This document shows positions 7,131-16,761 of a stretch of 64,000 bases of DNA, one piece after another. A model generated the notes under the pieces. The model ran no database searches, had not been told where the DNA came from, and saw nothing but the letters and a program-made list of their open reading frames with translations. The position numbers were made by a program, and so were the translations under genes. This stretch comes from Nitrospinota bacterium. GTDB lineage: Bacteria > Nitrospinota > Nitrospinia > UBA9942. The stretch lies in contig JACQBS010000051.1 of the NCBI GenBank assembly GCA_016194325.1, positions 7,855 through 71,854 of the forward strand, in the 5' to 3' direction. The stretch's first letter is position 1. Each line of letters starts with the position of its first letter.

Positions 7131-10100
7131 ATGGACAACGACATGAGTAACCACAAATACACAAGCAAAAAATTAAAGCGAAATAGGGAAACTCTCTATC
7201 TTCCTCCTTTCCCTATTTTTCTTTTTGTGTTTTTGTGGTTAATTATTTTTTCTAATATAGCATTTGCAGAGATTGCTCCAACCACTGTTTATCTATCCGA
7301 TATTAAGAGTGGTCTCTCTGTCCCTGTCCACATAGCTACAGATAAATGGGCGAATATCTATGTAACCGATCCCGGCAGGCAGCAGGTTCATAAATTTAAT
7401 GCCATCGGTGACCTCAAGTTAACGATTACCGGTATTACCGCTCCACTTGGAGTAGCAGTAGATAGTCAGGGGAATATATATATAGGTGATGACAGTAATA
7501 ACAATGTCTCGGTTTTTGATTCTGCCGGTAAGTTTCTTCGCAAATTAGGCTCAGGCAATGATGAGTTTATCATGCCCAATGATATTGTCATAGAGCCATC
7601 TTCAGGACGAATATATGTCACTGATTCAAAGGCAAACATAGTCAAGGTCTACAATCCTGATGGTTCTTTATCCTTTAACATCAGCGGTATTCTTTTTCCA
7701 ACAGGTATTCATATAGATTCTAAGAAGGGGGAGCTTCTTATAGGTGACCTTATAAACTCTCAGGTAAAGGTCTTTGACCTCTCCGGAAATTTTCTAAGAA
7801 GTTTTGGCTCAAGTGGTGTGGGTGCTGGTCTTATTAGCAGTCTGCAGGGGCTGACTGTGGATAAGAGTGGAAGGATATATGTTGTTGATGCCCATAAGGG
7901 ATGGGTTCAGGTCTTTGATTCAGCAGGGAATTACCTTTCCTTTATTGGAAGTGGTAATCTATATACACCGCTGGATGTGATGATAGACCCATACAATAGA
8001 CTTATTGTCTCATCATCTTCTGATGGGAAGCTATCCATTTACGGTATTGATGGTGGTAACCTCCCATCTAATTGGAATGAAAATTACCTGCCTGATACTG
8101 ATGGAGATGGGATGCCTGATGCATGGGAGGAGGCAAACGGACTCAATCCAAATCTTAATGATGCCTCCCTTGACCCTGATAATGACGGCCTTACAAATCT
8201 CAATGAGTATCTATCCGGCTCAGACCCCCACAATCCTGATACTGATGGAGATGGTTTAAAAGACGGTGTTGACCCAAGCCCGGGAATAGCTACTAATAAT
8301 AAACCATCAGCAAATGCCGGTCCTGATATGACATATGACCCGGGTATTATTACTCTTAATGGAAACGGCAGCAGTGACCCAAATTCCCTGTCCCTTAAGT
8401 ATACATGGACAGAGAGCGGGACGAATCCTGCAAATGTAACTCTTTCAGATAATGGGACAGTAACAGCAATTAAACCAACATTTATTGCTACAAAAGCTGG
8501 AGTTTATAAATTTACTCTCAAGGTTGCGAATAACTATTTTGAAAGTAATCCCGATGATGTTCTGATTACAATCAGGAATTTTACTCCAACAGCCTATGCA
8601 GGGTTGGACCAGACTGTCAGTGGTAATACACAGGTCAATATTAGTGGAGCAGGCAGTTTAGATGCAAATGGAGATGCACTAACATATAAGTGGACACAGG
8701 TTTCAGGCACTCAGGTGAGCCTTATTGGAGGAAGCACGAGAGACGCAAATTTTACCCCACAGAGCTCAGGGGTATATATCTTCAGGCTTATCGTGAGTGA
8801 TGGTGTCAATACCAGTGCACCTGATGAGATAAACATAACAGTCAACAGTTCCAATACTGTCCCTGTGGCAGATGCAGGTGTTGACCAGGTCGTTTATTTG
8901 CCTGCTACAGTAACCTTAAACGGTAATAGAAGCAGTGATGGTGATGGAGACCCATTGACATATAGTTGGAATCTCTTATCCGGGCCAAAGGCTGTTACAT
9001 TATCCAATGCCGCTAATAAAAACCCCACATGGACAACTGATACCCCGGGTATCTATACCTTTGCCCTGACTGTCTCCGATGGAAAGGATAATAGCATCTC
9101 TGATAGTGTAAATATTACTGTAAACGGCGCAAATCAGGTTCCTGTTGCAAATGCAGGCACGGATCAGAATGTAATACTCTATTCAACTGTTACCTTAGGG
9201 GGAGGGATGAGCTACGACACGGATAATTCCCCCTCTCCTCTTACATATAAATGGACACAGGTATTTGGAACAACTGTCTCTCTTAACAATTCCACCAGCA
9301 TGACCCCGACATTTGTTCCAATCCACGAAGATGTGCTTAGATTTCAGCTCACCGTTAGTGATGGGCTGAATACCAGTCTATACGATGAGGTTGAGATAAA
9401 GGTAGCAGGCAGTAACATACCCCCTGTGGCTAATGCAGGGAATGACCAAACGGGTATAGTAGGCATATTTATCAAACTTAACGGAACAGGGAGTATGGAT
9501 AAGGATGGGGATACGCTGACCTATCAGTGGACACAGGTGAGAGGTGCATCAGTAATACTCTCCAACATATATTCAAGAGAGCCTACCTTCACACCTTCAC
9601 AACCGGGTATCTATGAATTTATGCTATTAGTGAAAGACAATATTACTTCAAGCTCCGATACAGTTATGATAACAGTTAATAGTCCGCAGAACTCCCTGCC
9701 GCTTGCCAATGCAGGAATAGACAGGATTGTGGAGGTTGATTCTACTGTCCTGCTTAATGGTGGAGGGAGTGATGCAGATGGAGACCCGCTAACCTACAGA
9801 TGGCAATTTGTAAGCGGGCCTGCCTCTATTATTTTATCCAGCACTTCAGCAGCAAATCCAGCTTTTGTGCCAAAGATTATAGGAAGCTACATATTCAGGC
9901 TTACTGTAAATGATACCAAAGGGGATAGCAGTCCTGATGATGTTCAGATTTCAGTGGCTCCTAAAGGTGCCATTGTATTCAATATTAAAAATGGGAAAGA
10001 CAATCTCCTTTCAGCAACCGATTTGACGATATATCCATGGGTTGACCTCTTGATTCCTAACGGGTCTGTAAATGGAAACATGGATATAGCAATTGCAGAA

Positions 10101-10883
10101 GAGAAGAATCCACCCCCAACACGGGTAGGAATAAAGATGATGAATACTGCAGTTGATTTTGCCCCTGATGGCGCAAAATTTAATTCAAAGGTTAAAGTAA
10201 AGATTCCATATACCCTGTCCAGATTATCTGAGGCGGGTATAAGTGACCCTAAGACACTTAAAGTATATACATATAAAAAGGAGACGCAAGTGTGGGAGGA
10301 GATTACCCCTACCAATATCAATGTAGAGAGTCAATATGTTGAATTTGAGACAGACCACTTTTCTATCTATGCACTTGGAAGCCCTGAAAAGACTGGAGGT
10401 TATGGAGATACAGGCGGGTCAGGGGGTTCAGGTGGGTCAAATGGTGGAGGTTCAGGCGGGTCAGGGGGGTCGGGTGGAACAGGTGGAACAGGTGGAACAG
10501 GCGGTGGAAATAGCAATACAGGAGGGCAGATGAGCAGTGGTTCATCTGGTGGCGGGGGCGGTGGTGGTTGTTTCATTGCCACAGCCTCATACGGCTCTTA
10601 TCTCCATCCCCATGTAAAGATATTCAGGGACTTCAGAGACCAGTATCTACTTCCCTATGCTCCGGGGAGATACTTTGTAAGCACCTATTACAAATATAGT
10701 CCTCCTATTGCTGATATAATTGCAGAGCATTGGACACTGAGGGTTTTGACAAGGATTATTCTCTTTCCATTTCTGTTAATTGCCGCATTTTTTGTGAAAG
10801 CTACAGCAATACAAAAGATATTTATTATTATAATAATTGTTGCTATAATGCACAGAAAAAAAATAATGAATTATGAATTTTGA
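7131..10883 (+). CDS. Secreted NHL-repeat beta-propeller / TSP3-like Ca-binding / 7x PKD-like Ig domain protein with Gly-rich linker and CFI-box-like C-terminal anchor
   Basis: - Six NHL-type blades ([75 protein letters not shown], ...).
- [12 protein letters not shown]...[13 protein letters not shown]...[12 protein letters not shown] repeats.
- Seven ~90-aa repeats of the form ANAG.DQ....V.L.G..S.D.DGD.LTY.W.
- A (GGS/GGT)n linker.
- C-terminal [27 protein letters not shown] plus a TM helix. Confidence 0.85.
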   Translation: MDNDMSNHKYTSKKLKRNRETLYLPPFPIFLFVFLWLIIFSNIAFAEIAPTTVYLSDIKSGLSVPVHIATDKWANIYVTDPGRQQVHKFNAIGDLKLTITGITAPLGVAVDSQGNIYIGDDSNNNVSVFDSAGKFLRKLGSGNDEFIMPNDIVIEPSSGRIYVTDSKANIVKVYNPDGSLSFNISGILFPTGIHIDSKKGELLIGDLINSQVKVFDLSGNFLRSFGSSGVGAGLISSLQGLTVDKSGRIYVVDAHKGWVQVFDSAGNYLSFIGSGNLYTPLDVMIDPYNRLIVSSSSDGKLSIYGIDGGNLPSNWNENYLPDTDGDGMPDAWEEANGLNPNLNDASLDPDNDGLTNLNEYLSGSDPHNPDTDGDGLKDGVDPSPGIATNNKPSANAGPDMTYDPGIITLNGNGSSDPNSLSLKYTWTESGTNPANVTLSDNGTVTAIKPTFIATKAGVYKFTLKVANNYFESNPDDVLITIRNFTPTAYAGLDQTVSGNTQVNISGAGSLDANGDALTYKWTQVSGTQVSLIGGSTRDANFTPQSSGVYIFRLIVSDGVNTSAPDEINITVNSSNTVPVADAGVDQVVYLPATVTLNGNRSSDGDGDPLTYSWNLLSGPKAVTLSNAANKNPTWTTDTPGIYTFALTVSDGKDNSISDSVNITVNGANQVPVANAGTDQNVILYSTVTLGGGMSYDTDNSPSPLTYKWTQVFGTTVSLNNSTSMTPTFVPIHEDVLRFQLTVSDGLNTSLYDEVEIKVAGSNIPPVANAGNDQTGIVGIFIKLNGTGSMDKDGDTLTYQWTQVRGASVILSNIYSREPTFTPSQPGIYEFMLLVKDNITSSSDTVMITVNSPQNSLPLANAGIDRIVEVDSTVLLNGGGSDADGDPLTYRWQFVSGPASIILSSTSAANPAFVPKIIGSYIFRLTVNDTKGDSSPDDVQISVAPKGAIVFNIKNGKDNLLSATDLTIYPWVDLLIPNGSVNGNMDIAIAEEKNPPPTRVGIKMMNTAVDFAPDGAKFNSKVKVKIPYTLSRLSEAGISDPKTLKVYTYKKETQVWEEITPTNINVESQYVEFETDHFSIYALGSPEKTGGYGDTGGSGGSGGSNGGGSGGSGGSGGTGGTGGTGGGNSNTGGQMSSGSSGGGGGGGCFIATASYGSYLHPHVKIFRDFRDQYLLPYAPGRYFVSTYYKYSPPIADIIAEHWTLRVLTRIILFPFLLIAAFFVKATAIQKIFIIIIIVAIMHRKKIMNYEF
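7149..7240 (+). repeat. Nested hairpin encoding the signal peptide of the NHL/PKD protein
   Basis: Outer arms are aaccacaaatacacaagcaaaaa (7149..7171) and tttttgtgtttttgtggtt (7222..7240). Inner arms aaatagggaa (7181..7190) and ttccctattt (7209..7218) are perfectly complementary. The translation is [14 protein letters not shown]...[13 protein letters not shown]. Confidence 0.8.
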
Positions 10884-10907
10884 ATTAAAAGATTAAGGAA
10901 ATAATGA

Positions 10908-11335
10908 AACCACAGATAAACACAGATGAACACAGAAAAAGAATTCCTTTACAAAGAATTAACCGGGGAAATAATAGAGGCATCATATAATGTTCATAAT
11001 AGTCTGGGTTGTGGGTTACTTGAAAAGGTATATGAGAATTCACTTATATGGGAGATAGAATTAATGGGGAGAAAAGTTTCTTCACAAAGAGAGTTCAAAG
11101 TAATTTATCGTAAGAAAGAGGTTGGAATATATTATGCAGATTTAGTTGTAGAGGATAAGGTGATAGTTGAAGTGAAATCGGTAGAAAGGATAGATGATAT
11201 TCATCGTGCACAATTGTTAAACTATCTGAGAATATCTGGCTTAAGGGTTGGGTTGATTATAAACTTTGCCAGATCTAAATTAGAATATGAGAGATTGGTA
11301 GTTTAACCTGTGTTTATCTGTGTTCATCTGTGGTT
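10908..11335 (+). repeat. Inverted decamer-repeat arms bracketing the GxxExxY gene (gene-in-loop hairpin cassette)
   Basis: The left arm aaccacagataaacacagatgaacacaga (10908..10936) contains the ATG. The right arm cctgtgtttatctgtgttcatctgtggtt (11307..11335) starts 1 nt after the stop. The arms are complementary, with two decamer units swapped in order. Confidence 0.85.
10926..11306 (+). CDS. GxxExxY protein (PD-(D/E)XK nuclease superfamily)
   Basis: GLLEKVY is the eponymous G-x-x-E-x-x-Y motif. Length 126 aa, with the typical ...YYADLVVEDKVIVEVKS...HRAQLLNYL... core. Confidence 0.85.
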   Translation: MNTEKEFLYKELTGEIIEASYNVHNSLGCGLLEKVYENSLIWEIELMGRKVSSQREFKVIYRKKEVGIYYADLVVEDKVIVEVKSVERIDDIHRAQLLNYLRISGLRVGLIINFARSKLEYERLVV

Positions 11336-11391
11336 AATGCATAATTAAGGTAATTAGAAAATGGAAATTCTTAAAGGAGGAATACACAAAA

Positions 11392-14300
11392 GTGAAGAAC
11401 CTGTTCAGTAGGGACCAAGGAGAAAAAGTAAAAAGGAAGCCTGTCTGCCCAACAGGTAGAAAGGTATGGTTGGGGGTTACACTTGCACTTATACTTACAC
11501 TTACACTTACACTTTTTAAAGCACAAGGGGCAATTGACCCGCCTCATTATGACACAAGCACGACAAGCCCATTTTATTGTAGCGACTGTCATAAAGAGAG
11601 GACAGAATCAGATGTCCCGGGACTCTGTATGAGCTGCCACAACCCTGCCGGTAGGGCAAAGGCAAAGCCATTTGCCAGAACTGACCAGTCAACAATGGGG
11701 CAGGGAGTGGTTGGAGAGGACACTAAAGGGACCACTCACAGGTTTGATTCTGAAGGCTTGAAATATGTCAAGCTGTGGAAACCAAATAATAGCACGGGAA
11801 AGATAAAGATTGCAGGGGGCTCCATGTATTCAGGTGATTTTAGCACACAAAATGAAATGGAATATGAGTTTGAGATTGTTAACCCAGGGGATGTGGGTGC
11901 GGCAACCTTTAAATACCGTTGCCGCACAAGGAGTAAGCCTCAGCCAACCAGTTCTACCAACCCATTTAATACACCCGTATGGGACCGTGATGCAGACTGG
12001 AGCGGCTGGACATCTGCTTACACTACAGCAGCAAGCGTCTCATTAAACGACTCAATCTGCGGCGGCGATAAAGGTATCTCCCTATCCTTTGAGAATGGTT
12101 CAGGGAGCCCCAACTCCTTTGATGCAGGAACCGGAGGCAGGGTTTATGTAAAACTCCTAAACCAGCCGAGTAATGACAATATGAAATTAAGAGTGATGAA
12201 TAACAAAATCAACTGCTCAGTCTGCCACAATCAGCATTCTATGCAGCTTGACCGCCCCTACCTGAGGGCAGGTAATGTGGGAAATGCACTCTGCAAGCAC
12301 TGCCATGATGACAGGGATAGGAGTCATTATATGCAGGAGATGGGGACTGCTGATGATGGAACTGGGGATAGTTCCAATCAGACCACACTTCAGTTGGTGG
12401 ATATATCAAAGAACTGGACAGTAAACCAGTGGGTTGGAAAGCAAGTCTATTTCCAGAAGAACTTCAGGGGTGTGCAGGCGGCAGTAGATAATGAGGAAAA
12501 AAATCTTACAGGGACTTTGACCTTTACGCAGGGCTCTGCAACAGTAACGGGTGTAGGGACATTATTTTCAACAGAGATAAGCTCCCTGCAATTTATAAGG
12601 CTCTCATCATCCTCCAAATGGTATCCTGTAACATCTATAGGAACAAATACCTCATTAACCCTTTCAATACCATTTGAGGAAGCCACTGTTACGGGTAATG
12701 CCATGACTTCATCCTTCGCTGGTTTTTATCGTAAGATTACCTCCAATACTTCAAACACACTTGTTCTGGATGGCGCCTTAAATGCCAAAATTGATAATGG
12801 TCTCAGATACAGGATTGTAGATACTAATAATTACGGCAGTCATCCGGTTGGTATTAAATACTCACAGATGGATTTTGATACCCGCTTCAATTCTGATATA
12901 AAACCCCTGCCGCTTGATGACAATGGAACACCATCGGATACAAGTGATGACACTGTTCAGTGCATGACCTGCCATAGTCCGCATTTTACACATTCAGTAG
13001 GAACAGAAGGTGGTGCTGCAACATCAGGGACCACCACATCCCTTACAGATACAACAAAGAGTTGGACAGCAAATTCATTGGTAGGATACGAATTAAGGAT
13101 AAGAAATGAATGGACATCGGGGACATCCAATCAGAATCCGAACTGGCGAAAGAGGAGGTTTATCACCTCAAATACAGCGAATAAAGTTGAATGGCTGGAC
13201 CCACTCACCATCAGGAGTAACCCAAATGACAGTTCTGTGATGATTGACAGCCCTCCATCTGCGGGTGATGTTTATGAGATTGTTAATACCAGCGGGACCA
13301 ACCTGACCAACGGAATCGGTGATGGGTATATCTTAAGAAAGCCGAATGGTTATTCAAATGGGTATATACGGAAATATCAAAATATTGATGATGATAAAGT
13401 AATCTGTAAGACCTGCCATAAATATAAAAACCATTTTGGCGATGAAACTGCCGGTGGGTATGCCAGAAGCTGCATGGATTGTCATACACCGCATAATACA
13501 ACAAACAGATTCCTTTTGAGAGAGGTAATCAATAACCGTGAAGTCCGTATAAGACCGGGTGATAACTATGTAAACTCCTCCCGCACAGGCGTCTGTCAGG
13601 TCTGTCATACACAGACAAAACACTGGAGAAACGATGGGTCGGAGCCTCAGGCTCATTATGCCGAAGGGTGTCCTCAGTGCCACCAGCATGATAGTGAGGA
13701 GAGGAGCTGGATTTATATATGTAAAACATGTCATGGATACCCGCCTGTCCCAAAGGGAACTATTGTGGATAAAAAGGGTAATATACACACCAACATCAAT
13801 GATTCTATTTGTACCAACACCAGTGACCCTAATTATGCCGGTCCTTGTGCTGAGTATAATACCTTCAATCAAAATATACCTCATTCATCCTACCGTATTG
13901 AGGATTACGATGGCGGAGGCGGCGCACATCTTGTCCATGTGGTTGGGGCATTACAACAATTTGAATGTAAAATCTGCCACGGACATATGGGTTATGGGAA
14001 TGAGCATGGCGGCAGTGTGGGCAGAAAAACCCCGGACAGAAACAATATTACCTTTAATTTCCAGCTTGATTACAGTTTCAACGAGCGATTAGAGACAAAA
14101 CTTGGGTATCAGACAATAGACCCGCCTGTCTATCCGAAAATGATGGGTGTAGAGGTGGGGACATCGGCTACTTATATGAATCGTGCCGATGCCACAAATG
14201 GTTATGGACCCGGGAAAAAGCATATTGGTTCTGGTGCTACAAGTAACGGTGGGAACAACGAAGATGCTACTACACCGAGTATACTTGGCAGGGCGGTTAC

Positions 14301-16635
14301 TTCTTCTGACCCGCCAGAATGTTATGTAGGATGTCATAATCCGAGGAGGCTCTATATGCAGACTGAGCCTGAGTCTGATATGGTAGATACGGTGGGCTCA
14401 GGAAGAGTGGATCCGATAGAGAACGCTCAGAGAGAAGCCGATCCAACATATGGCGATTCTGGTTACGGAAACAAATTTAACTGGACATGGTATTTTAATT
14501 CATCCGGAGTGCAGGGAGGGGCAGGAGGATTACCGAGGGATGAGAACCCTGATGTGCCATGTGCAAAATGTCATGACGCTCAGGGGACCCTTGTGCAGGG
14601 GAATGAGGATAGTCCATCTAAATATAAAGGCGTCAATTATATATCAGCCCATCCGCCAGACCCAACTAAACGGACCGACTGCCTTGTCTGCCATGATTAT
14701 AATAATTCAACAAAACCGCATAAAAAGGGGACACCCTATCTGAATAATAAAGATGGCGGTGCATCTATTGAATTTGATATTACAAATCCATCATCCCTTG
14801 AGCCATTCTGTCTCTCCTGCCATGATAGTAATGGCGCTACTGATGGCAATACTGCTACAGGAAATCCAAAGAGACCCTTCAGTAAAGAGACAGATGTATC
14901 CAATGAGGTTCCAGATGTAAAAGTAAGGTGGACAGGTGCTGCACACTCTGCAAATATCTCCTGTTTCGGGGATGGAGTGTCTAATGGCTGTCACGGCAAT
15001 CCGCACGGCTCTGGAAAACGGGCACTCCTTGCACCGTATAGTGAATCAGTAGGTGAAGACCAGAAATACTTCTGCTTCAACTGTCATGGAAATAATCGTG
15101 ACAGACTTGTCCTTGCACCGAATATACAGGACCAGATAGAGAAAAGGTCAGTTATCTATGGGAGTGATGGAAATCAATATCGTTGTATTTTAAGCCATAC
15201 ATCGGCAGCAAGTAATAAACCTATAACAGGGGCAAGCTGGGCGACTTATTGGGTGGCAACAGGTGTAGCAACAGGAAGTGATAACTGGGTTAGCGGAAAA
15301 AATTATACAGGTGGCAGCGGTCATCCGATACCTGCTGCCGGTGAGCCGTGGCTCCACAAGCGGAAAGAGTCCATAATCGTGTCTAATAGGCATTCAGAAT
15401 GTATTGACTGCCATGACCCTATGGGTGATAGGAGCACCCACAGGCTGCATTCGCGGAGATATGTGGATATAGATGGAAACCCATGGAATCCTAATAAAAA
15501 TTCAGTGGCATCAACACATCCTATGTGGGGAGGGGATTCAACTACAAACTATGTCCGACAGCCATATGTATATGAAGTGTGCTTCCGCTGTCATGGACCA
15601 AATTATGGAACATTCTTTAAAGATTATATGCCTTTCCCTCAAGTTGCAAAAGACAGGGTCGGGATGGATGGGCATTTCAGTGACAAGAGGAAGGAGTTTG
15701 ACCCTCGGTCTAACCAGTTTGCAGATTATCCCGCAAGCGGGAACCTCGGCGCAAATACAGCCTATCATCCTGTAGCTGCCCCGGGCAGAAATGCAACAGA
15801 CCCGCTTTACAGACAATTACAGGAGGCATTTGATTTAACATCTGCGAATGATTTAAAGTCACTCACTATCCAGTGTCCGGACTGCCATAATAATAATGTG
15901 TTGGGAACTGCTTCCACAGGCTTAAGGGGACCTGTAACCTACTCCAACCGTCGTATTACTGATAAAACACCTGCGATTGTAAATACTCCCAATACCTTCA
16001 GTAATACAGATAACAGGCAGGATGACAATAGGATAGGGCCACATGGCTCAACAAACAGAAGAATCTTAAGGGCGCCTTATAATACCAATGTTTATAACAC
16101 AAGAACGGAAAGAGGCAGTTATGGAACGGTAGGGGCAACATTTGGCAGCGGCGGTGCGAGAGATAACTTACAACTCTGTTTCCTCTGTCATAAAGAGTCT
16201 GTTTTATTAGAAACGGATGGCGGGGCAGCAGGGACAAACTTTGGAGGCACAGGTAATGGGTGGTGGACGGCAAACCTCCATGCAGAACATCTTTCTGCGT
16301 CAACTTACTCAGGCAGTGAAGGGGGACAGGCTGTCTGCCATGAGTGTCATCATAATGTCCATAGCAATGTAGAGGCACAGAATACCATTTATGGAGATGG
16401 GCTCGGCGGTATGCTCCCGCCTGATAATGAGGATGGAATCCTTGATGGCGTCTCATCCACACATCTATTGAACTTTGCCCCTTCAGTTCAGGGTGCTACT
16501 GCACTCAAGCCGAGGTGGTATTACGACGGACAGTATTACAGATGTGATATGTATTGTCACGGTGCGAATATGAATTATTGCTGGTATAAACATGGACAGG
16601 CAGGAAGCATATCACAGTGGTGTGAGGATGACTAA
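11392..16635 (+). CDS. Giant multihaem c-type cytochrome (20 canonical CXXCH + 2-3 CX3CH variants), secreted
   Basis: GTG start 9 nt after AGGAGG. The (LT)n-containing signal region is LGVTLALILTLTLTLFKAQGA. I counted 20 CXXCH: CSDCH, CMSCH, CSVCH, CKHCH, CMTCH, CKTCH x2, CMDCH, CQVCH, CPQCH, CKICH, CAKCH, CLVCH, CLSCH, CFNCH, CIDCH, CFRCH, CPDCH, CFLCH, CHECH. CYVGCH and CDMYCH are additional variants. Long haem-free beta-rich inserts occur between haem clusters. Confidence 0.85.
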   Translation: MKNLFSRDQGEKVKRKPVCPTGRKVWLGVTLALILTLTLTLFKAQGAIDPPHYDTSTTSPFYCSDCHKERTESDVPGLCMSCHNPAGRAKAKPFARTDQSTMGQGVVGEDTKGTTHRFDSEGLKYVKLWKPNNSTGKIKIAGGSMYSGDFSTQNEMEYEFEIVNPGDVGAATFKYRCRTRSKPQPTSSTNPFNTPVWDRDADWSGWTSAYTTAASVSLNDSICGGDKGISLSFENGSGSPNSFDAGTGGRVYVKLLNQPSNDNMKLRVMNNKINCSVCHNQHSMQLDRPYLRAGNVGNALCKHCHDDRDRSHYMQEMGTADDGTGDSSNQTTLQLVDISKNWTVNQWVGKQVYFQKNFRGVQAAVDNEEKNLTGTLTFTQGSATVTGVGTLFSTEISSLQFIRLSSSSKWYPVTSIGTNTSLTLSIPFEEATVTGNAMTSSFAGFYRKITSNTSNTLVLDGALNAKIDNGLRYRIVDTNNYGSHPVGIKYSQMDFDTRFNSDIKPLPLDDNGTPSDTSDDTVQCMTCHSPHFTHSVGTEGGAATSGTTTSLTDTTKSWTANSLVGYELRIRNEWTSGTSNQNPNWRKRRFITSNTANKVEWLDPLTIRSNPNDSSVMIDSPPSAGDVYEIVNTSGTNLTNGIGDGYILRKPNGYSNGYIRKYQNIDDDKVICKTCHKYKNHFGDETAGGYARSCMDCHTPHNTTNRFLLREVINNREVRIRPGDNYVNSSRTGVCQVCHTQTKHWRNDGSEPQAHYAEGCPQCHQHDSEERSWIYICKTCHGYPPVPKGTIVDKKGNIHTNINDSICTNTSDPNYAGPCAEYNTFNQNIPHSSYRIEDYDGGGGAHLVHVVGALQQFECKICHGHMGYGNEHGGSVGRKTPDRNNITFNFQLDYSFNERLETKLGYQTIDPPVYPKMMGVEVGTSATYMNRADATNGYGPGKKHIGSGATSNGGNNEDATTPSILGRAVTSSDPPECYVGCHNPRRLYMQTEPESDMVDTVGSGRVDPIENAQREADPTYGDSGYGNKFNWTWYFNSSGVQGGAGGLPRDENPDVPCAKCHDAQGTLVQGNEDSPSKYKGVNYISAHPPDPTKRTDCLVCHDYNNSTKPHKKGTPYLNNKDGGASIEFDITNPSSLEPFCLSCHDSNGATDGNTATGNPKRPFSKETDVSNEVPDVKVRWTGAAHSANISCFGDGVSNGCHGNPHGSGKRALLAPYSESVGEDQKYFCFNCHGNNRDRLVLAPNIQDQIEKRSVIYGSDGNQYRCILSHTSAASNKPITGASWATYWVATGVATGSDNWVSGKNYTGGSGHPIPAAGEPWLHKRKESIIVSNRHSECIDCHDPMGDRSTHRLHSRRYVDIDGNPWNPNKNSVASTHPMWGGDSTTNYVRQPYVYEVCFRCHGPNYGTFFKDYMPFPQVAKDRVGMDGHFSDKRKEFDPRSNQFADYPASGNLGANTAYHPVAAPGRNATDPLYRQLQEAFDLTSANDLKSLTIQCPDCHNNNVLGTASTGLRGPVTYSNRRITDKTPAIVNTPNTFSNTDNRQDDNRIGPHGSTNRRILRAPYNTNVYNTRTERGSYGTVGATFGSGGARDNLQLCFLCHKESVLLETDGGAAGTNFGGTGNGWWTANLHAEHLSASTYSGSEGGQAVCHECHHNVHSNVEAQNTIYGDGLGGMLPPDNEDGILDGVSSTHLLNFAPSVQGATALKPRWYYDGQYYRCDMYCHGANMNYCWYKHGQAGSISQWCEDD

Positions 16636-16639
16636 ATTT

Positions 16640-16761
16640 AGCAATGAGCAATGAGTGCTAAGCGATGAGTAAAAACTTATTGCTAATCACACATTATGAA
16701 ATTATGATTCGCAATTTATTATTTACATTGCTCATTGCTCATTGCTTATCACTCATTGCTT
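16640..16761 (+). repeat. Octamer-unit hairpin (GCAATGAG/CTCATTGC) with the gene start codon in its loop
   Basis: The left arm agcaatgagcaatgagtgctaagcgatgagt pairs with the 3' part of the right arm (ctcattgcttatcactcattgct) in about 21/23 positions. The loop contains gaaattATGATTCGCAATTT (ATG 16704). The right arm encodes LLIAHCLSLIAYA. Confidence 0.8.

Noticed and set aside
10400-10582. Minus-strand proline-rich ORF (PPPPPPDEP...).
   Set aside because: It is the antisense reading of the (GGS/GGT)n linker of the NHL/PKD protein.
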